DNA of 64,000 nt from Octopus vulgaris (lineage: Eukaryota). The stretch lies in contig OX597817.1 of NCBI GenBank assembly GCA_951406725.2, positions 111,538,001 through 111,602,000 on the forward strand. The letters run 5' to 3'. Position 1 is the first letter of the stretch. Every line of letters starts with the position of its first letter. Of this stretch, positions 12,431 to 25,158 are shown one piece after another. The notes beneath the pieces were generated by a model. The model saw only the letters and a list, made by a program, of their open reading frames with translations. It ran no database searches and was not told the DNA's origin. The position numbers and the translations under genes are program-made.

Positions 12431-13039
12431 TGTAATCTTTAATGTTCTGTTTGTTCCGCCATTAAAATAACCAGTTGCTCATACAGCCGGCACATACCAT
12501 TTCGCTAGCAACAAGGGGAGGACAGGATTGACAGTCAGCCAAAACCGTCGCTAAGTTGTCTCTCTTCTTTCCTCTCTCTAGGGTTAATAATCTTAATCTT
12601 TAGTTACAGTTTCTCATTCAAACTACATAATAGACAGAATTGTCGGATTAAGACAGTAGGGTGGTTTCAGGGAGATTTGGCTGCTATTTCTACAAGATCT
12701 AGCTACCATGTAGAGGTCTGCCTCATTTATATTATATATTCCTTATGCATTCCAGAACCGAGTTACAGATTTTGACGTATGGGGTATCAAAAGTTTCAGT
12801 ACTATTTTGGCTACAAATTAAACTTAATTTCCATTCACATATTTGCATTTTGAATAATCTTTTCCTGTAAATCAACTATCGTAAATATTTTATATGATAA
12901 AGTCACATTTTCTATATGTGTCTGTACCTTAAAAGACAACAATCATTGCAACACACACCTTCACTCACTCACTCTATCTCTCTCACCCTCTTTCTCTCTC
13001 ACATACACACACGCAAGCACACACACACTGCTTTGCATT

Positions 13040-15511
13040 CGCGGGGGAGATTTACCAATAGTGGTCTGGTGTCGCTATGGGAACGAGAATGGGCCCCAAT
13101 TTCGCCAACCTATTTGTTGGTCACCTTCGCCCTCTTCAAACCCACATACTCTTACCTCTACTTAAACTCTTCCACCTCCTATCTCTCCCACACCAAACGA
13201 GCCATCTCCTGCCCCGGTTCCTCCGCCTCCGATGCTTGTGCAGCCAGGGCCAGGATTTCGTGACCTAGTCCCAGTACCTTGCCCGCCTGTTCATACATCG
13301 AGGATACCCACCCCCTTGTCCAAACTGCCCTTGTTCGCGCTCGCCTAATCGATCACACCACCGCCCTCTCCCCTTCCCCACACCTATCCTCCAACCGCAC
13401 CCCCTTTCCACTCCTTTTCCACCCTTCCACCCTACACCTTTGTCGGAGGATCCTATAGGCCTTCCGTCGTCTCCAGATAGATCCCACCACCCACCCCGTT
13501 TTCTTCAACTCACCCTTGCCCTCCCTTAAACGTACCCATAACCTACGCGATCTACTGGTCCGTAGCATCTTCCCCTCTTCCATCCTAACCCGACCCGACT
13601 CCTTCCCTTGCTCTAGATCCCGCTGCTACACCTCTTCTTTCATCACCAACAGCACCCCCCCTCACTGGATCCAACCAGCACACTCTCCACATTAGAAACA
13701 TCTTCTCTTGCGCTTCTTCCAGCTTTATCTATTGCATTAGAAAGTAACCTCTGCAACAAACTCTACGTTGGTCAGACGGGCCGCCGGCTGGCCGACCGGT
13801 TCACCGAACATCTACGAGATGTTCGGCTACGTACGAACACCGCCGTCGCTCATCATTTCGTTTGGCCAACCACTCCACCTCAAATATCTTCGTCTTGGGC
13901 CTCACCCTGCATCACGGATCCACACACTCTCAACTCCATCTGGAACAGCGTTACATTTTCAGTCTACAAACACAAACTCCTTTCTGACTCAGCACAGCCC
14001 CTCCTCTCAATGACTGTCTCTACACCCTCCTTTTTACACTTTTCGTTTTTTATCAACTTTTCCATTGTAATTATTTATTTTGATCCTTTTATTTTATTTT
14101 ATCTTACTATTTATTATCTTCTTTTGCCTTTCTTTTTTATAACTATTAATTTCTAATTTATCCTTTTAATTTTAATTTTTTATTTTTTTATCTTTATGTG
14201 TTATTTTTTGTTTATTTATTTATTAATTCTATTTTTTCATCTCGTATTTTTTCTCTTTTTTATCTATCTTATTGTATTTTATTTTATTGTTCTATATACA
14301 CACACACACGCACACATACATACACCACATACATACACACACATACACGCACACATACACACGCGCATACACATGAACGTACATATACCTCCCACACACA
14401 CCACACACACATACACGCACACACACGCATACACACACACAGCCACACGCGCATACACGAGTATACACGCACACACATACGCGCGCACATACACGCACGC
14501 GCGCACACACACACAGAGGCGCACATACTCCTCCACACAATCCCACACACATAATCACATACATACACGCACATACACACACACATGCAGACGTACAAAC
14601 GCACACGCACACATATACACACGGGTACACACAGATATGACCGCACATACCTTCCACACATACCACATAACACACTCATGCACACACACACACACGTACA
14701 TACACGCACACACATACATACACATGTGCATACACACACGCACATACACATACACTCACACTTACACACACGCACACACATGCACATATACACACACAGA
14801 GGAACGCACATATACCTCCAAACACACGCACATACACACATACATACAAACACACGCACATACACACATGCATGCATACACACAAGACACACACACAACA
14901 TACACATACATGCACACACATATACACATATACACACCCTTTAGACTGCCTGTCAAACGACCCTTCCATTGACCATTCCATCTACGCACATCTGAAAAAC
15001 CACGCAACTACATAAAAGACCATCACTTCTGTTACCATTGCTGCTGAATTCTCCCTAGAACATTAACAGAAAAAAAGATCACTCACAAATATACATATAA
15101 AAAGTTAATACCACACACAACAGACACACACACACACAAACAAAGTTACCACCACCCACGTACTCAATTACTGCCTTCCATATACGCGTGCGAGCGCGCG
15201 AACATACCCACATATACACAGAAAATTCCTCTTTCTCTTACACTTTCCTATCTTAGAACTTTTTCATCGTTCATCCCTTCCGGTCATTTCAAAATGTAAC
15301 TACATGTGGATTGTCGGCGATTTTTTCCCCTCCGTCTTCCTTTTCTCTTGGACCTTCTTTTGTCTCCTATTTTTGAAGAAGAGCTTTCTTCGAAACGTAA
15401 AACACTCTTTCTTTCCTTCCCTGAGCGTCTTCTAATACTTTGCATGTACCACGTACTCGCGTTGTTGTTTTTTTTTTTCTTGTGTTCTTTTCTTCGTGTT
15501 TTTGAATTAAC
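13040..15511 (+). mobile_element. Penelope-like retroelement, internally deleted
   Basis: RT motif GVAMGTRMGPNFANLFVG (about 13067-13120); GIY-YIG FIYCI..CNKLYVGQTGRRLADRFTEHLR (13720-13820); CA-rich 3' region; degenerate hammerhead at 15370-15402; ends at (TA)n. Confidence 0.85.
14296..14937. repeat. Degenerate (CA)/(CATA)/(CACG) low-complexity tract
   Basis: Read directly; produces the spurious His/Thr and Cys/Val ORFs. Confidence 0.9.
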
Positions 15512-16099
15512 TATATATACATATACAGAGAGAGAAAGAGACAGAAGCACTTATGGTGTGTATTAAATATATATAAGGAATTTTATTGTTGTATTTATCG
15601 TTAGTGATGTACTGAGCAGAAAATGTTTTTTCCCTTTATCAGAATGTCAGAATGTTTATAGTAAAGGAACATGAAAAGTGGATTATAATGCGAAAGCCGT
15701 TTGGAAGAAATTCAGTAGCTGTAAAGAGTTTTGTATTGATAACGATGAGAAAATGTATTGAGAAAATATTGGACGTCAATGATTGTATTCGGAGGTTGAA
15801 TAAATAGCAATGTTATTTGGTAAACATATGAAGAATCTGTGAAAACAAACAGTATGATGCAAAATAACTGTGAAGTAATGTCATATATGAATTATTACAT
15901 TGATAGTGATTCTTTTTACTCCAATGTTGAAATTTTAATTTTTGTTTTTCATAATTCTGCTATTTATAATCCATCACTTGCATGTAGTATGTATTTTAGT
16001 CTTAGGCAAATGCTTACAGATTAACGACCGATTTATAAAACTGGGAGTTTAATAAACATATCCTATCAAGCTAGGATAATAAAATAAAATTGAAAACGT

Positions 16100-17080
16100 T
16101 ATCACATTTTAAGTGTTCGAAGAGTTGCTTTATGGGAGGGATACAGCCTGAACATTTTAACGCTATGTAGGCAGCACTCAGTTCATAACCCATTTTGTTT
16201 CATTGTCAGCTTGTCTATTTACCTATATATGAATACGTTGATGAGAAAACTTTTACTTTTGTAAGAATTTTAAGAGGAATCCAATCCCAAGCTCTCAGAA
16301 GTTCACAGGCCGAATGTTTATTCGCGATTACTTGTACATGTCCACTTTCAATATATTCTCAATCCTCTCTAATATACAATGGTTGAGTCGTGAATAATTT
16401 TTTCACTGAATTCTTTCTTATTGCAACTGCATGAAATTTATACTAAACGGCAAGGTTTTAAAAAATCTATTAGTTTGATTACAAGTTTTGAAAGTGAACG
16501 CGGAATCTTTCAACGAAATCTGGAAAGTAAAAGTTTCAAGTACTTTAAGTGATAAGAATTTTTGCTGCCATATATCTAAAAACAGCTGAATTACTTGACC
16601 ACGACTCAACAATTGTAATTACTGTACATTAGTAAAGTAATAGCACAACATTGTAACGCTACAACTTCAATTAAAAGTAAATTAGATTCTTGTTTCTACG
16701 ACAACCTCACAGCTATCAAATTGATTCTCTTTGTCTCAATTCTCATAACACCATAAAACTCCTTCAAGCTAACTTTTGCATGCAGTATTTTCTGTGGTAT
16801 AATACAATGAAAAGAAGCAAAGGTATGACTGACGGTTTCTGTAAATTACTTTACAAAACCATCATTACGGCGCATTATGTTCGAGGTACTGTCAGTCGTA
16901 ACCGCAATTAGTTTTGACAAACCTATTTGCCTAACACGAAACATTTTAACAGGACACTCACTTATATCTTTTCCTGATGTGATTTTAAGCAAATTCTTTA
17001 ATTTAATCAGTTCCTCGTAAGCACAATCTTCGTGAAAATATAGTACGCTGTCAGTTAATAAAGCCGATGACGGCATATCA
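16100..17080 (-). pseudogene. hAT (Charlie/SPIN/GTF2IRD2-type) transposase remnant
   Basis: LSKLIAVTTDSTSNIMRRNDGFVK (TTDGA..M.G...GF motif), FHCIIPQ (HCIIHQ motif), LSRGQV (RWLSRG motif). Confidence 0.7.
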
Positions 17081-18104
17081 ATGGTCTCATAAAGGCAAAT
17101 AAAAAATGTCGCAGCTATTTAAATATATTTTAAAATGAGGAATTTAAAGCTTTCCAAAAAACTTCTCAAAATACTTTTGCCGTTGTATAATGAAATAAGG
17201 GAAGTTCAAGAAAGAAAGAAATATCTAAAAGTAATGAATGCTTTTAAAGGGATATTTGCTTCAAATTTATAAGTAGCTGCCCTTAATTTGAAAAGAAAAT
17301 GGCGGATCTTGAACTGGATGCATCGAATTTCAATAGTGGAAGCAACTTGCTCGTCGGTAATGAAAGCAATATTGAATTGAGTCCAAAAAATAAAAGAAAA
17401 ACAGGAAATATAAAGATGTTGCTTCTCGACAGAATTATTTTTAGAACTTAAATCAAATACATTGAGGGTATATAGATCCAGATGAATAATATAAAAATAG
17501 TCATTAGATAATGAACCAGAATATGTACCATGCAAAAATACATACATACATGCACACATAAACGCACACATAAGCACGCGCGCACATGTATGTATGCTTG
17601 TTTTATCATTTTAGACTAAATGGAGAACAGACGATACGTTAACAAATATGAATTGTGAGAAGATATAATTTATCAATTAAACGATGTTTTTCATTCATGT
17701 GAAAAATAATTTAATAAATGCCTATAATAAACAAGAAATATTCAATCGTCCATACACGTCACTTTGCTACAAATATTAGTGGTCTGCAAGATGAAAAGAA
17801 GCCATCATTTTTACAACCCTACAGTTCTTATTCTTATTATGTGTTGTCATTTTTTTCTTTTTAATAACACCTAAAATAGTAATAAGGTTTCATCAGTAAC
17901 TACTAAGCAGTTGCTCAATTTGCAGTTATTAAATATCAGTCAATAAACGTCAAAATAACAATATCCAGATATATACTGTGCATTGTCAAGCTAAAAATAA
18001 AAACGTACTTAATGAAGTAAACAAGCTCAGAAGACAAAAGGCAGCTACAAGAAGAAATATTTTTATATATCGCAGGCTAAACAGATCGATCAAATTGACA
18101 CATA

Positions 18105-18825
18105 CGAGGTGAGCTGAGAAGTTCATAGGCTGGCTATGAAGGAGTGATGTTACAGCTGTGAAACCTTGCACGCATTAATTTCAACACTTCTTGTTAATAA
18201 TTGTATTGTATCTTCCCAGGTAAACTGATATCTGACTGTGCAAATAACACTTCAAATGGACAAAAGTTAGGCACTGTTGTGTTATCAAATATCTGCAGAA
18301 AAAGGATTTAGCCCACCAACGACATTCATGTTGTCAAGGTTGCTACATTAGGGGATGATGCTCCAGAATTAATCAAGTGTGAAAATGGGCAGCTGAATTT
18401 AGGAGGGGATGGACGGGTCCTGATGACCCAAGGTCTGCAACTGCCATCACCGAAGAAAACATTGATTGTATTCGCCACATGGTGATAGATGATAGGTGAT
18501 TGACTATAAATCAAATATCCAATGCTATCAACATATCCTGTGAGGGAATTGAGAATATTCTGCACAATGAACTTGGCATGACGAAGGTTATTTTTCAGTG
18601 GGTGCCACGTTTTCTGAAACCTGATCAAGAGCGCATCAGGCTGATCTCATCACGAGAAAATCTGATATTGTTTGATACAGATCCAGTTGGTTTCCTTAAA
18701 CATTTCTAAACCCAGGATGAGTAGTGGATTGATTACTTTGAGCTAGAGACAAAGAGACAATCCATGCAATGGAAACAGCCCTCCTCACCTGCTCCAAAGG
18801 AAGCCAAGGTTATTTTCTCTGCAGG
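18105..18825 (+). mobile_element. Mariner element, 3'-truncated
   Basis: TA|CGAGGTGAGCTGAGAAGTTC start; ILHNELGMTKV..WVPRFL, TQDE, MQWKQPSSPAPK motifs. Confidence 0.8.
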
Positions 18826-20179
18826 TAATGACTATAGAAAAACTATAGATAACAATTCAGTCGATGTCTTTATCCAGTTATATATACGAATCCACAGTTT
18901 CAAAATCGGACCCAGTGTAATTCACGTAACTCCAATTTTGCATTTGAAATTTATGAAGTTTAAGAGAGAAAACATTAGTTCTGTACTTTATAAAACTTCA
19001 AGAATATATTCGAATATATGCTTCAGTTCCTTGACGGCCAACCAGTGATCATTGAAAATAAAGGAATACATTCAGGATTTATTTACATGGTTTAATTAAA
19101 CTCCGACTGAAATGATACAATGGATATTGTATGAAGTCTCCGTAAGACAACTATTATTGTTCAAAATATTCCGACAGGACAATATTATATATCTTCTTTT
19201 ATTACATTAGAATGTAGGTTACCTAATATGATATCTGGTGTGAGAATATTACTAGTAGACTCTGAACGCAAATCAATTATATTGACATAGTGAAAAACAA
19301 CGTTGATGAAAATTATCATAAAAAATGTAAAACTGATGCCTGTCATGGTGGAAGAAATTAAGCAATTCTACAGCAGAATGTTATAAGTTGTCCACATGAG
19401 AAGGCGAACAGAACACAAGAGAATTTTTATATATTTTTGAGTTTCTTATAAATGAGAAACATGGAAAGTACATTTAAGTTTGATTTTCACGAAGCTATAA
19501 TTGGTATGCGGGCCTTCGTGAGACACCTAAGAGTGTGTCCGACCTATGACACTTCTTTGAACGGAAGAAACCCGAAGAACACAAAGTCACTTCATAGCCT
19601 TATGAATTACCACAGTTTTTTTTCTTTTTTCGTTTAATTGCTTGAAACAGATGCTCAGTTCTAGTTTCGTTTAACTGGTTCCTTCAATCTCTATCAAGCC
19701 AACCACTTCCTGCCATCTTAGATGTATCATAACTCTCAGAAACATTGTTCATTTGTTGTTCATTTAGTATGTCAGGCAAGTAGGAGCCGATTTTTCGTTT
19801 TGCTGAGAATGGTATAAGAGGTGAGACAATTTTGGCTAAACCTATAGCAATAACGCATCAAATATTGCTTTTTCGGCAATATCTGATGTATTTTTTTAAT
19901 AAGGATTTTATGAAGTTTATGGAATATCTCACCGAAATATAAAGGGAAATTTTGATGAAATATTTAGTATTAAAAATAATTTCAAAAATAATCCTATTTA
20001 ATCACTGAAGATATTGATTCCAGTTTATAGCTATTTCTACGATTATTCTGTTTTTTTTATCCAGAAACATCCAGCATCCGAAAATATCACCAAAATTCAA
20101 TTTCATCTCAGTTACCGTAGAGGTGTAAGTGCCCGCAAACACACAGAAATATGTATGCAAGTATATTCATTTTATTACA

Positions 20180-20199
20180 TAATAATAATAATGATGATG

Positions 20200-20236
<37 letters not shown>

Positions 20237-20247
20237 CAACAACAACA

Positions 20248-20309
<62 letters not shown>

Positions 20310-20340
20310 TATTATCATCATCATCATCATCGTCGTCATC
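20180..20340. repeat. (TAA)n/(CAA)n/(CAT)n compound microsatellite
   Basis: Read directly from the sequence. Confidence 0.95.
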
Positions 20341-20559
20341 GTTGCGTTTTTGTTGCTGTTGTTGTTATATATTAATTGAAAATGTCAAAAATATTGTGCA
20401 GAAGTCAGGAGATATAGAAAATCATAATAAGGAAATGCATCTTTCCTTTTATATTACAGGGAGTTAATTTCAAAGTATATTTTTACAGTCAAATACTTCC
20501 AAAATACAAAAATATGCATTGAAAAACAGATTATCACAATCAAATTATTTCAAACGATA

Positions 20560-20590
<31 letters not shown>

Positions 20591-20642
20591 CATACATACA
20601 TACATACATACATACATACATACATACATACATACATACATA

Positions 20643-20912
20643 ATTGGAGCACTAGGTTTTGTTAATAAATGCTTAAAGGAGAATCTGGATAAACTGAGAT
20701 TTTCAGAAAGAGAAATCGACCGGCTAATTCGTACATTACGAGTGCAATCTGTGCATGAAAGAGTAAAAATATGCAAGACTTTTCTCAAGTTCCAAATGTG
20801 AATTTGTCTATGTTAACTACATCCCAAATATGGGGCCTTGTATCTTTGTTGGAAACCGGCTCCCTCCTCAGTGGAAGATTTATAATTATTAAAAAATAGA
20901 AGAGACATACAT
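20643..20912 (+). mobile_element. R4/Dong-like non-LTR retrotransposon 3' end
   Basis: Frame 20643-20801 reads IGALGFVNKCLKENLDKLRFSEREIDRLIRTLRVQSVHERVKICKTFLKFQM*, resembling the C-terminus of a restriction-like endonuclease; sits in (TACA)n and ends GACATACATA. Confidence 0.65.
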
Positions 20913-20990
20913 ATCCAAAATTTCGATCAAATCCCCAACGAGTCTACACAGGATCTCCTGACGACAATGTAAACTTCTTATAATCAAGGT

Positions 20991-21086
20991 ATCCTTGGCC
21001 TGAAGAGTTACTTTCAGTCTACCCATCGTTCAGATAATTTACTACTTCCGAGTTTCCACTAGCTATGAAACATATGTAGCCTGGAT
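20991..21086 (+). ncRNA. Hammerhead ribozyme-like motif
   Basis: ATCCTTGGC-CTGAAGA-..-GAAAC-ATAT-GTA-GCCTGGAT; core intact but helix II poorly paired. Confidence 0.55.
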
Positions 21087-21348
21087 TTTATCTACTACCA
21101 TTCCCTGAATTTTTGATGCTTATTTGCATATACATCAACCCCTGTTGCTAACTATAAAATTAACCTTTTTTTTTTAGCTTATCATACTTCGTTCGATACA
21201 GGAAAAATTCACAATCTTCTGCGTCAATAAACCGCTAGTGTTCCTGAAAGTTGTTTTTTTATATATCTTCTATGGACTGCTTGAAGCTCACAAACGCCCA
21301 ACACCTTGATCCTTGGATCTTACCTTTACATATATATATATATATTCA

Positions 21349-21502
21349 GTGGTAAGTAGCTTGCTAACCAACCACATGGTTCCGGGTTCAGTCCCACTGC
21401 GTGGCATCTTGGGCAAGTGTCTTCTGCTATAGTCCCGGGCCGACCAATGCCTTGTGAGTGGATTTGGTAGACAGAAACTGAAAGAAGCCTGTCGTATATA
21501 TG

Positions 21503-21581
<79 letters not shown>

Positions 21582-21806
21582 ATATATGTATGTATGTGTG
21601 TGTGTGTTTGTATGTTTGTGTTGTCCCCCTAGCATTGCTTGACAACCGATGCTGGTGTGTTTACGTCCCTGTAACTTAGCGGTTCGGCAAAAGAGACCGA
21701 TAGAATAAGTACTGGGCTTACAAAGAATAAGTCCCGGGGTTGATTTGCTCGACTGAAGGCGGTGCTCCAGCATGGCCGCAGTCAAATGACTGAAACAAGT
21801 AAAAAG
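21349..21806 (+). mobile_element. SINE family A with internal (TA)n(TG)n
   Basis: High similarity to the 36664-37053 copy. Confidence 0.9.
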
Positions 21807-21998
21807 AAAAATATATATGCACACTCCACACAGACACATATAAGAGTTCAGGATTCAAATAAATCAGGCCCCTAAATAGTAAAACCAAATAAAAGGCAAT
21901 GGGGCTAAAATAATATAAACATAAATATATAAAGATACTAGAATATTGATATTAAAAATAAAGTATAAGGTAACCAGAATAGAGTCCATTCAAGCCCA

Positions 21999-22088
21999 TC
22001 TCAACAATCGTTTCAAAGGATGCTGCTTCATATCGTTAATGTACAATCTATTACGGAAATCCAAAGGCAACACCTTTTCATCAGAAGA
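21999..22088 (-). ncRNA. Hammerhead ribozyme-like motif
   Basis: TCTT-CTGATGA-AAAGGTGTTGC..GCAGCATCCTTT-GAAAC-GATT-GTT-GAGA; GUU cleavage triplet is suboptimal. Confidence 0.65.
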
Positions 22089-22367
22089 AAACTTACAAAA
22101 GCTTCACATTTCTGGTTATCACATTGTTCGTATTACCCTTTTAGGGTTTTATCACCTTTTATTAGTGCGTATGTGTATATCTTATACTGATGGGTTTTAC
22201 CATTGGGTGCCCAATTGTTTTAATGTATATTTATATTCGATCTTTGATCATTTGGGAATAAAGTTGTTTTAACCGATTGGAAATTATTCATCATACCTTT
22301 CAATTTAAGTATACATACATACATACATACATACATACACACATACATACATACATACATACATACA

Positions 22368-22403
<36 letters not shown>

Positions 22404-22579
22404 TACTGTTGTGTCTGGGGAGTGTGTTGTTATATTATAAAGCACAAAAAGAAAATGACTCTCCCCAAACACAACAGAATATGCTTCAACACACGAACTC
22501 ACATAAAGAATCTTGCAAACCAAATCCCAAAACGAAATATATATATATATATATATACATACACACACATACGCGCGCG

Positions 22580-22626
<47 letters not shown>

Positions 22627-22977
22627 ACACATTCATTCAATTAATGAACATTATTTTTCTTTTCCAATCTACGACGATTTAGAGTCACTTGCAGTAAGGT
22701 TTTTAATAGGTGGATGCACTCCTGTGTTTCAATTAAGGGGTCATTATATTCTACAGGCATTTGAAATTGCAAAGCAACTACACGAAGCGCTACAATGTTT
22801 GTCAACATCAGTACCGGTGTGTTTGGTGACAAAACCTGTCACATTATAATTGGTTGCATTGCAATTCCGAAAACTGGCGTGTATTAGCAACTCGAAAAGC
22901 ATCCAGCTGTTATAAAACCCGATCTAAACAAAAATGGTAGTTTGGAAAAAAGAAAAAAGTTAACTGAATGAATGCGC

Positions 22978-23055
<78 letters not shown>

Positions 23056-23538
23056 CTAATGTAGGATAAAATTTTTTTCGAAAAAAATTCCTTTCGAAAA
23101 AATTTTATCCTACATTAGATATAAATTTAAGCGTTCACTTCCGGACTCTCTCACTCTGTGAGGGCATCAGTTCAAATCGCACGTGTCTCGAATGGGCTGG
23201 AGTATTTCTATTTTGGATGTATTTGGGTACTTAATTGTGCTCATGACTTAGTGTTTGCTTCTTCCATGAGTATGAGTAAGTATCTCATTTATTTCTTTTG
23301 CCACATGTATCACTGAGGGCTGTTATGAGCTAACCCTGAATTCGGTCCGATATGGTAATAATGGAATTTTTTAGAAATTTCTGTCGACCTTTTTTCGAGT
23401 AGCGTGCGTATTGTGAAAAAATTATATGGTTAATGAACAATATGTCCAATTTTTCGGCATATTTGGCATTAGAAATTTTTTCGTTTGCCCTTATTTATGA
23501 ATTGTATGTATGTATATATATATATTTATGTATGTATG

Positions 23539-23570
<32 letters not shown>

Positions 23571-24593
23571 TGTATGTATGTATGTATGTATGTATGTATG
23601 TATGCATGTATGTATGTATGTATGTATGTATGTATGTATGTATGTATGTATGTATGTATTTATTGATACTTAAGGGTGCTACAAGCAGCACCAGCACGCT
23701 AAAAATAGCAGTCAGAAGAAGATGACTACAACCACTTGATATTATTGTAAACAATAATATGCTTTTAAATATTTTTTATAATTTGTTATTCACTCCGATC
23801 AACTTTTTAAATTTGCTGCGGTAGTTGAGATGGGCAGTCTTCTATGATACTCAAGTCAGTAAGACTCGCTGACAAGAACTAAGTGGCATTTTCACAAAGT
23901 TCAAAATCATGACGATACGAGTATGTCTGGCATTTCAGTTTACGATTCTTTTCGTTATTTGTACGGAGGCTAAGAATTTCTGTTCATTCCCCCGATGTGT
24001 ATCAGTGAAGATTTGTGGTTGTAGTCGTCTTCTGGCTGCTATTTTTAGCGTGCTGGTGCTGCTTGTAGCACCATTAATTATTAATTAATAATTTTTTACC
24101 TTATGGTGCCCTTTTTAACGCATGGTTGCCACCTGATATTATTATAAACAATAATATCCTTATATATACTTTATCTATATAATCAAAATAAGCAACAGGA
24201 TATCCATAGGTGATGCTGTACGAACGTTTCAAGCGGTTCCATTTAATTAAACAATGCAATCATTATAGCAATTTAAATGCAGGGCTATCCTCAGCTGCAT
24301 AAATAAATAAGTAGAATTTTTTAATCAGTCGGACACATTAAAATAATTTTACTTTTATACTCTAATAAAGTATGAAGATATACATAGTCCATGCTGCCAC
24401 TACTGTGGCTTAGAATATACTAGGCATCAGGAAAAGTATGAAAGTTTGTTGGTGTCATAGCTTGTAACGGATTTTGGTTCAGTTTTAATTCATTAGTCTT
24501 GTTTATCAATTACCAAATCTAAGACTAGAGGACTGTGTCTGTTTAGAAAGGGCAGGAGTGAGTTGACAGTATACAGTTGAGTATGGTCATAGA

Positions 24594-25158
24594 TATTGTC
24601 AAATGTCACTGCAACGTTGAAATCAGTGCCCCAGTGATATTAATTAAGTACATCATCAAGTACACGTTGAAAGGAAATGACCAAGCTGCTGTTCAAATAA
24701 ACAATGATAATGAAATTAGTTAATATCTAATGGGTAGGTATATTGAAGCATCTGAAGCAGTTGCATCCATTTTAGGATTTTTCAATTCATGAAAGAGCAC
24801 TTGCCATTGTGAGACTACAAGTTCATTTACCATATGAACAAAGAATATTGCTCAGAAATAATGAGGATTGTATATGGCTGTCAATGAACGACACATGAGA
24901 ACAACATTGACAGAATTCTTTTCATTGCGCGTCAATGATAACTTGCAAAATCATTACTTTATGCTGAAGTATCATTTGGAAGTATCATATGTATTTCATT
25001 TGGAACAGTAGTAACAGAGAATAGCAAAAAAAGAAAGCGAGGAAAAAAAACTTGAAGGCATTAAAACGTTTTCAAAGACACACTTGATCGTTTTATGTTG
25101 TTACATCAAAGGCAAGAGAACTATCATTTAAGAATTTTATTGCATGAAGTTCGAAATA
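24594..25158 (+). pseudogene. Helitron Rep/helicase remnant
   Basis: CHCNVEI..LIKYIIKYTLKGNDQAA, GRYIEASEA, IHER..IVRLQVHLP, TTLTEFF, ENYHLRILLHEVR. Confidence 0.8.

Noticed and set aside
14196-15007. Many overlapping His/Thr- and Cys/Val-rich ORFs
   Set aside because: Translation of a CA-rich low-complexity tract; open in all frames
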